This document shows, one piece after another, positions 49,001 to 61,000 of a DNA stretch of 64,000 nt (its first letter is position 1; every line of letters starts with the position of its first letter). The notes beneath the pieces were generated by a model. It was given only the letters and a program-made list of their open reading frames with translations. It ran no database searches and was not told where the DNA came from. Position numbers and translations under genes: made by a program. The DNA is from Mobula hypostoma (lineage: Eukaryota): contig NC_086097.1 in the NCBI RefSeq assembly GCF_963921235.1, positions 4,340,001 to 4,404,000 of the forward strand, in the 5' to 3' direction.

Positions 49001-52000
49001 ATGTACTCAGTACAGACCCTGAACAGTTCCTTAAGATAGAACGTAGACGGTACAGTCCCTGAACAGGTCCTTCAGAAAGAATGTAGACAGTACTTTCAGA
49101 ACAGGTCTTTTACCTGTTCTATCTGAAGAGGTCCTTCAGATAGAACATAGACAGAACAGTCCCGGAACAGGTCTGTCAGACAGAACTTAGACAGTACAGT
49201 GTCTAAGCTGAACAGGTCCTTCAGCTAGAACGTAGACAGTACAGTCCCTGAACAGGTCCTTCAGAAAGAACGCAGACAGTATTGTCCCTGAACAGGTCCT
49301 TCAGATAGAACGTAGACAGTAAGGTCCCTGAACAGATCCTTCAGATAGTACGTGGACAGTACAGTCACTGTGCAGGTCCATCAGATAGAATCTACTCAGT
49401 ATAGCCCCTGAACAGGTCCCTCAGATAGAACGTAGACAGTACAGCCTCTGAACAGGTCCTTCAGGTCAAATATAGACGGTACAGTCTCTGAACAGGTCTT
49501 CACATAGAACGTAGACAGTACTGTCCTTGTACAGGTCCTTCAGATAGAACGTAGACAGTACAGGACAGAACAGGTCGGCCAGTTAGAACACAGACACTAT
49601 AGTCCCTGAACCGGTCCTTCATATAGAACAAAGACAGTACAGTCCCTGAATAGGCCCTTCAGATAGAACATAGATGGTACGGTCGCTGAACAGGTCCTTC
49701 AGATAGAACATAGACAGAACAGTCCCTGAACAGGTCCTTCAGATAGAACTTAGACAGTACTGTGCCTGAACAGGTCCTCCAGCTAGAACGTAGAGAGTAC
49801 AGTCCCTGAACAGGTCCTTCAGAAAGAACGCAGACAGTATTATCCCTGAACAGGTCCTTCAGATAGAACGTAGACAGAACAGTCCCTGAACAGATCCTTT
49901 AGATAGAACGTAGAGAGCACGGTCTCTGAACGGGTCTTTCAGATCAAACATAGACAGTACAATCTCTGAACAGGTCCATCAGATAGAACGTAGACAGTAC
50001 AGAGCCTGATTAGGTCCTTGAGATAGGACATAGACAGTACAGTCCCTGAACTGGTCCTTCAGATAGAATGTAGACGGTACAGTCTCTGAACAGTTCCTTC
50101 AGATAGAACGTAGACAGTACTGTCCTTGTACACGTCCATCAGATAGAACGTAGACAGTAAAGACCCTGAACAGGTCCGTCAGATAGAACAAAGACAGTAC
50201 AGTCCCTGAATAGGCCCTTCAGATAGATGGTAGACAGTACGGCCCCTGAACAGGTCCTTGAGGTAGAACATGGACCGTACAGTCCCTGAACAGGTCCTTC
50301 AGATAGAACGTAGACAGAATAGTCCCTGATAAGATCCTTCCGAGACATCATGGACAGTACAGCCGCTGAACAGGTCCTTCAGATAGAACGTAGACCGTAC
50401 AGTCCCTGAACAGGTCCTTCAGATAGAACGTAGACAATACGTTAGAACAGGTCTCCTACCTGTTCTATCTGAAACGGTCCTTCTCCATGTTCTATCTAAA
50501 CAGGTCCTTCATATAGAATGTAGACAGAACAGACCCTGAACAGATTCTTCAGATAAATCGTAGACAGTACAGCCGCTGAACAGGTCCTTCAGATCGAACG
50601 TAGACAGTACATGCCCTGAAAAGTTCCTTCAGGTCAAATATAGATGGTACAGTCCCTGAACAGGTCCTTCACATGGAATGTAGACAGCACTGTCCTTGTA
50701 CAGGTCCTTCAGATAGAACGTAGACAGTACAGACCATGAACATGTCCGCCAGTTAGAACACAGACACTACAATCCCTGAACTGGTCCTTCAGATAGAACG
50801 AAGACAGTACAGACCCTGAACAGGCCCTCAGATAGAATGTAGATAGTACAGTCCCTGAACAGATTCTTCAGATAAATCATAGACAGTACAGCCGCTGAAC
50901 AGATCCTTCAGATAGAACATAGACCGTACAGTCCCTGAACAGGTCCTTCAGATAGAACGTAGACAGTACAGTCCCTGAACAGGCCCTTCTGATATAACTT
51001 AGATGGTACAGTCCCTGAACGGGCTCTTCAGATAGAACATAGACAGTACAGGCCCTGAACAGGTCCTGCTGTTAGAATGTAGACAGTAAATCCACTGAAC
51101 AGGTCCTTCAGATAGAATATACTCAGTACAGACCCTCAACAGGTCCTTAAGATAGAACGTAGACAGTACAGTCCCTGAACAGGTCATTCAGATAGAACGT
51201 AGACAGTACGTTCTGAACAGGCCTCCTACCTGTCCTATCTGAACAGGTCCTACTCCCTGTTCTATCTAAACAGGTCCTTCAGATAGAATGTAGACAGAAC
51301 AATCCCTGAACCGGTCCTTCAGATAGAACGTAGACAGTACCGGCCGTTAAAAGCTCTTTCAGGTCAAATATAGACAGTAAAGTCCCTGAACAGTTCCTTC
51401 ACATAGAACGTAGACAGTACTGTCCTTGTACAGGTCCATCAGATAGAAGGTAGACAGTACAGACCATGAACATGTCCGCCAGTTAGAACACAGACACTAC
51501 AATCACTGAACTGGTCATTCAGATAGAACAAAGACAATACAGTCCCTGAAAGGTCCCTTCAGAGAAAACGCAGATGGTACGGTCCCTGAACAGGTTCTTC
51601 AGATAGATGGTAGACAGTACAGACCCTGAACAGGCCCTTCAGATAGAACATAGACGGTACGGTCCCTGAACAGGTCCTTCAGATAGATCGTAGACAGTAC
51701 AGTCCCTGTACAGGTCCTTCAGACAGAATGTACTCAGTACAGCCACTGAACAGGTCCTTCAGATAGAACTTCGATGGTATGGTCCCTTAACAGGTCCTTC
51801 AGAAGAAATGTACTCAGTACAGTCCCTGAACAGGTCCTTCAGATAGAACGTAGACGGTACAGTCCCTGAACAGGTCCTTCAGATAGAACATGGACAGTAT
51901 GGTACCTGAACAGGTCCTTCAGATAGAACGTAGACAGTACAGTCCCTAAACAGGTCCTGCAGTTAGAACGTAGACAGTACATCCACTGAACAGGTCTTTC

Positions 52001-55000
52001 AGATAGAACGTAGACGGTACAGTCCCTGAACAGGTCCTTCAGATGGAACGTAGACAGTACAGTCCCTGAACAGGTCCTTCAGATAGAAGGTATTCAGTAA
52101 AGACCCTGAACAGGTCCTTAAGATAGAACGTAGACGGTACAGTCCCTGAACAGGTCATTCAGATAGAACATAGACAGTATGTTCTGAACAGGTCTTCTAA
52201 CTGTTCGATCTGAACAGGTCCTTCTCCCTGTTCTATCTAAACATGTCCTTCAGATAGAATGTAGACAGAACAATCCCTGAACCGGTCCTTCAGATAGAAC
52301 GTAGACAGTACCGGCCGTTAAAAGCTCTTTCAGGTCAAATATAGACAGTAAAGTCCCTGAACAGTTCCTTCACATAGAACGTAGACAGTACTGTCCTTGT
52401 ACAGGTCCATCAGATAGAAGGTAGACAGTACAGACCATAAACATGTCCGCCAGTTAGAACACAGACACTACAATCACTGAACCGGTCATTCAGATAGAAC
52501 AAAGACAGTACAGTCCCTGAAAGGTCCCTTCAGAGAAAACGCAGATGGTACGGTCCCTGAACAGGTTCTTCAGATAGATGGTAGACAGTACAGACCCTGA
52601 ACAGGCCCTTCAGATAGAACATAGACGGTATGGTCCCTGAACAGGTCCTTCAGATAGATCGTAGACAGTACAGTCCCTGTACAGGTCCTTCAGACAGAAT
52701 GTACTCAGTACAGCCACTGAACAGGTCCTTCAGATAGAACTTCGATGGTATGGTCCCTTAACAGGTCCTTCAGAAGAAATGTACTCAGTACAGTCCCTGA
52801 ACAGGTCCTTCAGATAGAACGTAGACGGTACAGTCCCTGAACAGGTCCTTCAGATAGAACATGGACAGTATGGTCCCTGAACAGGTCCTTCAGATAGAAC
52901 GTAGACAGTACAGTCCCTAAACAGGTCCTGCAGTTAGAACGTAGACAGTACATCCACTGAACAGGTCTTTCAGATAGAACGTAGACGGTACAGTCCCTGA
53001 ACAGGTCCTTCAGATGGAACGTAGACAGTACAGTCCCTGAACAGGTCCTTCAGATAGAAGGTATTCAGTACAGACCCTGAACAGGTCCTTAAGATAGAAC
53101 GTAGACGGTACAGTCCCGGAACAGGTCATTCAGATAGAACATAGACAGTATGTTCTGAACAGGTCTTCTAACTGTTCGATCTGAACAGGTCCTTCTCCCT
53201 GTTCTATCTAAACAGGTCCTTCAGACAGAATGTAGACAGAACAGTCCCTGAACCAGTCCTTCAGATAGAACGTAGACAGTACAGTCCCTGAACAGATTCT
53301 TCAGATAAATTGTAGACAGTACAGCACCTGAACAGGTCCTTCAGAAGGAACGTAGACCGTACAGTCCCTGAACAGGTCCTTCAGATAGAACGTAGACAGT
53401 ACAGGCCCTGAAAAGATCCTTCAGGTCAAATATAGACAGTACAGTCCCTGAACAGGTCCTTCACAGAAATGTAGACAGTGCTATCCTTGTACAGGTCCTT
53501 CAGATAGAATGTAGACAGTACAGACCATGATCATGTCCACCAGTTAGAACACACACACTACAATCTCTGAACAGGTCCTTCAGATAGAACAAAGACAGTA
53601 CAGACCCTGAACAGGCCCTTCAGAGATAACTTAGATGGTACGGTCCCTGAACAGTTTCTTCAGAAAGAAGGTAGACAGTACAGACCCTGAACAGGCCCTT
53701 CAGATAGAACATAGACGGTACGGTCCCTGAACAGGTCCTTCAGATAGAACGTAGACAGTACAGTCCCTGAACAGGTCCTGTTGTTAGAACGTAGACAGTA
53801 CATCCACAGAACAGATCCTTCCGATAGAATATACTCAGTACAGACCCAGTAGAGGGCCTTAAGATCGAACGTAGATGGTACAGTCCCTGAACAGGTCCTT
53901 CAGATAGAACGTAGACAGAATAGTCCGTGATGAGATCCTTCCGAGAGAACATGGACACTACAGCCGCTGAACAGGTCCTTCAGATTGAACGTAGAACGTA
54001 CAGTCCCTGAACAGGTCCTTCAGATAGAACGTAGACAGTACAGTCCCTGAACATGTCCTTCAGATAGAACGTAGACAGTACAGTCCCTGAACAGGCCCTT
54101 CATAGATGGTATGGTCCCTGAAAAGGTTCTTCAGATAGAAGGTAGACAGTGCAGACCCTGAACAGGTCCTTCAGATAGAAAGTAGACAATACAGTCCCTG
54201 ACCAGGTCCTGCTGTTAGAATGTAGACAGTACATCCACTGAACAGGTCCTTCAGATAGAATATACTCAGTACAGACCCTGAACAGGTCCTTAAGATAGAA
54301 CGTAGACAGTACAGTCCCTGAACAGGTCATTCAGATAGAACGTAGACAGTACGTTCTGAACAGGACTCCTACCTGTTCTATCTAAACAGGTTCTTCTCCC
54401 TGTTCTATCTAAACAGGTCCTTCAGATAGAATGTAGACAGAACAATCCCTGAACCGGTCCTTCAGATAGAATGTAGACAGTACCGGCCGTTAAAAGCTCC
54501 TTCAGGTCAAATATAGACGGTACAGTCCCTGAACAGTTCCTTCACATAGAACGTAGACAGTACTGTCCTTGTACAGGTCCTTCAGATAGAAGGTAGACAG
54601 TACAGACCATGAACATGTCCGCCAGTTAGAACACAGACACTACAATCACTGAACCGGTCATTCAGATAAAACAAAGACAGTACAGTCCCTGAAAGGTCAC
54701 TTCAGAGAGAACGCAGATGGTATGGTCCCTGAACAGGTTCTTCAGATAGAACATACACAGTACAGTCCCTGAACAGGTCCTTCACATAGAATGTAGATAT
54801 TTCAATCCCTGAATATGTCCTTCTCCTTGACATAGAATGTAGACAGTAAAGGCCCTGAACATGTCCTTCAGATAGAACGTAGACATTTCAGTCCATGAAA
54901 AGGTCCTTCAGATAGAACGTAGATATTTCAGTCCCTGAATAGGCCCTTCAGATAGAACGTAGACAGTACAATCCCTGAAAAGGTCCTTCAGATAGAATGT

Positions 55001-58000
55001 AGACAGACAGTCCCTGAACAGGTCCTTAATCTAGAACATGGACCGTAATGTCCCTGAAAAGGTCCTTCAGATAGAACGTAGACAGAGTAGAACCTGAAGA
55101 GGTCCTTCAGAGAGAACATGGACAGTACATCCACTGAACAGGTCCTTAAGATAGAACGTAGATAGTACAGTCCCTGAACAGTTTCTTCAGATAGCTCGTA
55201 CAGAGTACAGCCACTGAACAGGTCCATCAGATAGAACGTAGTCCGTACAGTCCCTGAACAGGTCCTTCAGATAGAACGTAGACAGTACGTTCTGAACAAG
55301 TCTTCTACCTGTTCAATCTGAACAGGTCCTTCTCCCTGTTCTATCTAAACAGGTCCTTCAGATAGAATGCAGACAGAACAGTCCCTGAACCGGTCCTTCA
55401 GATAGAACATAGACTGTACAGTCCCTGAACAGGTCCTTCAGATAGAACGTAGATAGTACAGTCCCTGAACAGTTTCTTCAGATAGCTCGTACAGAGTACA
55501 GCCACTGAACAGGTCCATCAGATAGAACGTAGTCCGTACAGTCCCTGAACAGGTCCTTCAGATAGAACGTAGACAGTACCGGCCCTGAAAAGCACCTTCA
55601 GGTCAAATATAGACGGTACAGTCCCTGAACAGTTTCTTCACATAGAACGTAAACGGTACTGTCCTTGTACAGGTCCTCCAGATTGAACGTAGACAGTACA
55701 GACTATGAACATGTCCGCCAGTTAGAACACAGACACTACAATCACTGAACCGGTCCTTCAGATAGAACAAAGACAGTACAATCCCTGAACAGGCCCTTCA
55801 GAGAGAACGTAGATGGTACGGTCCCTAAACAGGTCCTTCAGATAGATCGTAGACAGTACAGTCCGTGTACAGGTCCTTCAGACAGAATGTACTCAGTACA
55901 GCCCCTGAACAGGTCCTTCAGAAAAAATGTACTCAGTACAGCCCCTGAACAGGTCCTTCAGATAGAACATAGACAGTACAGTCCCTGAACAGGTCCTTCA
56001 GATAGGAGGTAGACAGTGCAGACCCTGAGCAGGTCCTGCAGATAGAACTTCGATGGTACGGTCCCTGAACAGGTCCTTCAGAAAAAATGTACTCAGTACA
56101 GCCCCTGAACAGGTCCTTCAGATAGAACGTAGACGGTACAGTCCCTGAACAGGTCCTTCACATAGAATGTAGACAGTGCTATCCTTGTACAGGTCCTTCA
56201 GATAGAACGTAGACAGTACAGACCATGATCATGTCCACCAGTTAGAACACAGACACTACAATCCCTGAGCAGGTCCTTTAGATAGAACAAAGACAGTATA
56301 GATCCTGAACAGGCCCTTCAGAGATAACGTAGATGGTACTGTCCCTGAACAGTTTCTTCAGATAGAAGGTAGACAGTACAGACCCTGAACAGGCCTTTCA
56401 GATAGAACATAGACGGTAGGGACCCTGAACAGGTCATTCAGATAGAACGTAGACAGTACATTCTGAAAAGGTCTTCTACCTGTTCTATCTGAACAGGTCC
56501 TTCTCCCTGTTCAATCCAAACTGGTCCTTCAGATAGAATATAGACAGTACAGACCCTGAGCAGGTCCTTCAGTTAGAACATAAACAATACAGTCCCTGAA
56601 CAGGTCCTTCAGATAGAACGTCGATGGTACGGTCCCTGAACAGGTCGTTCAGAAAAATTGTACTCAGTACAGCCCCTGAACAGGTCCTTCAGATAGAACG
56701 TAGACAGTACAGTCCCTGAACAGGTCCTTCAGATAGAAGGTATTCAGTACAGACCCTGAACAGGTGCTTAAGATAGAACGTTGACCGTACAGTCCTTGAA
56801 CAGGTCATTCAGATAGAACGTAGACAGTACGTTCTGAACAGGTCTTCAAACTGTTCTATCTGAAACGGTCCTTCTCCCTCTTCTATCTAAACAGGTTCTT
56901 CAGATGGAATGTAGACAGAACAGTCCCTGAACCGGTCCTTTAGATAGAATGTAGACAGTACAGTCCCTGAACAGATTCTTCAGATAAATCATAGACAGTA
57001 CAGCCGCTGAACAGGTCCTTCAGATAGAACGTAGACCGTACAGTTCCTGAACATGTCCTTCAGATAGAACATAGACAGTACAGTCCCTGAACAGGCCCTT
57101 CAGAGATAACTTAGATGGTATGGTCCCTGAACAGGCTCTTCAGATTGAAAAGTAGACAGTACAGACCCTGAGCAGGCCCTTCAGATAGAACATAGACGGT
57201 ACAGACCCTGAACAGGTCTTTCAGATAGAACGTAGACAGTACGTTCTGAACAGGTCTTCTACCTGTTCTATCTGAACAGGTCCTTCTCCCTATTCTATCT
57301 AAACAGGTCCTTCAGACAGAATGTAGACAGAACAGTCCCTGAACCAGTCCTTCAGATAGAACGTAGACAGTACAGTCCCTGAACAGATTCTTCAGATAAA
57401 TTGTAGACAGTACAGCACCTGAACAGGTCCTTCAGAAGGAACGTAGACCGTACAGTCCCTGAACAGGTCCTTCAGATAGAACGTAGACAGTACAGGCCCT
57501 GAAAAGTTCCTTCAGGTCAAATTTAGACAGTACAGTCCCTGAACAGGTCCTTCACATAGAATGTAGACAGTGCTATCCTTGTACAGGTCCTTCAGATAGA
57601 ACGTAGACAGTACAGACCATGATCATGTCCACCAGTTAGAACACAGACACTACAATCCCTGAACAGGTCCTTCAGATAGAACAAAGACAGTATAGACCCT
57701 GAACAGGCCCTTCAGAGATAACTTAGATGGTACTGTCCCTGAACAGTTTCTTCAGATAGAAGGTAGACAGTACAGACCCTGAACAGGCCTTTCAGATAGA
57801 ACATAGACGGTAGGGACCCTGAACAGGTCATTCAGATAGAACGTAGACAGTACATTCTGAAAAGGTCTTCTACCTGTTCTATCTGAACAGGTCCTTCTCC
57901 CTGTTCAATCGAAACAGGTCCTTCAGATAGAATATAGACAGTACAGACCCTGAGCAGGTCCTTCAGTTAGAACATAAACAATACAGTCCCTGAACAGGTC

Positions 58001-61000
58001 CTTCAGATAGAACGTCGATGGTACGGTCCCTGAACAGGTCGTTCAGAAAAATTGTACTCAGTACAGTCCCTGAACAGGTCCTTCAGATAGAAGGTATTCA
58101 GTACAGACCCTGAACAGGTGCTTAAGATAGAACGTTGACCGTACAGTCCTTGAACAGGTCATTCAGATAGAACGTAGACAGTACGTTCTGAACAGGTCTT
58201 CAAACTGTTCTATCTGAAACGGTCCTTCTCCCTCTTCTATCTAAACAGGTTCTTCAGATAGAATGTAGACAGAACAGTCCCTGAACCGGTCCTTTAGATA
58301 GAATGTAGACAGTACAGTCCCTGAACAGATTCTTCAGATAAATCATAGACAGTACAGCCGCTGAACAGGTCCTTCAGATAGAACGTAGACCGTACAGTTC
58401 CTGAACATGTCCTTCAGATAGAACATAGACAGTACAGTCCCTGAACAGGCCCTTCAGAGATAACTTAGATGGTATGGTCCCTGAACAGGCTCTTCAGATT
58501 GAAAAGTAGACAGTACAGACCCTGAGCAGGCCCTTCAGATAGAACATAGACGGTACAGACCCTGAACAGGTCTTTCAGATAGAACGTAGACAGTACGTTC
58601 TGAACAGGTCTTCTACCTGTTCTATCTGAACAGGTCCTTCTCCCTATTCTATCTAAACAGGTCCTTCAGACAGAATGTAGACAGAACAGTCCCTGAACCA
58701 GTCCTTCAGATAGAACGTAGACAGTACAGTCCCTGAACAGATTCTTCAGATAAATTGTAGACAGTACAGCACCTGAACAGGTCCTTCAGAAGGAACGTAG
58801 ACCGTACAGTCCCTGAACAGGTCCTTCAGATAGAACTTAGACAGTACAGGCCCTGAAAAGTTCCTTCAGGTCAAATATAGACAGTACAGTCCCTGAACAG
58901 GTCCTTCACATAGAATGTAGACAGTGCTATCCTTGTACAGGTCCTTCAGATAGAACGTAGACAGTACAGACCATGATCATGTCCACCAGTTAGAACACAG
59001 ACACTACAATCCCTGAACAGGTCCTTCAGATAGAACAAAGACAGTATAGACCCTGAACAGGCCCTTCAGAGATAACTTAGATGGTACTGTCCCTGAACAG
59101 TTTCTTCAGATAGAAGGTAGACAGTACAGACACTGAACAGGCCCTTCAGATAGAACATAGACGGTACGGTCCCTGAATAGGTCCTTCAGATAGAATGTAG
59201 ACAGTACAGTCCCTGAACAGGTCCTGGTGTTAGAACGTAGACAGTACATCCACAGAACAGATCCCGCTGATAGAATATACTTAGTACAGACCCTGTAGAA
59301 GGCCTTAAGATCGAACGTAGATGGTACAGTCCCTGAACAGGTCCTTCAGTTAGAACATAAACAATACAGTCCCTGAACAGGTCCTTCAGATAGAACGTCG
59401 ATGGTACGGTCCCTGAACAGGTCGTTCAGAAAAATTGTACTCAGTACAGCCCCTGAACAGGTCCTTCAGATAGAACGTAGACAGTACAGTCCCTGAACAG
59501 GTCCTTCAGATAGAAGGTATTCAGTACAGACCCTGAACAGGTGCTTAAGATAGAACGTTGACCGTACAGTCCTTGAACAGGTCATTCAGATAGAACGTAG
59601 ACAGTACGTTCTGAACAGGTCTTCAAACTGTTCTATCTGAAACGGTCCTTCTCCCTCTTCTATCTAAACAGGTTCTTCAGATGGAATGTAGACAGAACAG
59701 TCCCTGAACCGGTCCTTTAGATAGAATGTAGACAGTACAGTCCCTGAACAGATTCTTCAGATAAATCATAGACAGTACAGCCGCTGAACAGGTCCTTCAG
59801 ATAGAACGTAGACCGTACAGTTCCTGAACATGTCCTTCAGATAGAACATAGACAGTACAGTCCCTGAACAGGCCCTTCAGAGATAACTTAGATGGTATGG
59901 TCCCTGAACAGGCTCTTCAGATTGAAAAGTAGACAGTACAGACCCTGAGCAGGCCCTTCAGATAGAACATAGACGGTACAGACCCTGAACAGGTCTTTCA
60001 GATAGAACGTAGACAGTACGTTCTGAACAGGTCTTCTACCTGTTCTATCTGAACAGGTCCTTCTCCCTATTCTATCTAAACAGGTCCTTCAGACAGAATG
60101 TAGACAGAACAGTCCCTGAACCAGTCCTTCAGATAGAACGTAGACAGTACAGTCCCTGAACAGATTCTTCAGATAAATTGTAGACAGTACAGCACCTGAA
60201 CAGGTCCTTCAGAAGGAACGTAGACCGTACAGTCCCTGAACAGGTCCTTCAGATAGAACGTAGACAGTACAGGCCCTGAAAAGTTCCTTCAGGTCAAATT
60301 TAGACAGTACAGTCCCTGAACAGGTCCTTCACATAGAATGTAGACAGTGCTATCCTTGTACAGGTCCTTCAGATAGAACGTAGACAGTACAGACCATGAT
60401 CATGTCCACCAGTTAGAACACAGACACTACAATCCCTGAACAGGTCCTTCAGATAGAACAAAGACAGTATAGACCCTGAACAGGCCCTTCAGAGATAACT
60501 TAGATGGTACTGTCCCTGAACAGTTTCTTCAGATAGAAGGTAGACAGCACAGACCCTGAACAGGCCCTTCAGATAGAACATAGACGGTACGGTCCCTGAA
60601 TAGGTCCTTCAGATAGAACGTAGACAGTACAGTCCCTGAACAGGTCCTGGTGTTAGAACGTAGACAGTACATCCACAGAACAGATCCCGCTGATAGAATA
60701 TACTTAGTACAGACCCTGGAGAAGGCCTTAAGATCGAACGTAGATGGTACAGTCCCTGAACAGGTCCCTTCAGTTAGAACATAAACAATACAGTCCCTGA
60801 ACAGGTCCTTCAGATAGAACGTCGATGGTACGGTCCCTGAACAGGTCGTTCAGAAAAATTGTACTCAGTACAGCCCCTGAACAGGTCCTTCAGATAGAAC
60901 GTAGACAGTACAGTCCCTGAACAGGTCCTTCAGATAGAAGGTATTCAGTACAGACCCTGAACAGGTGCTTAAGATAGAACGTTGACCGTACAGTCCTTGA

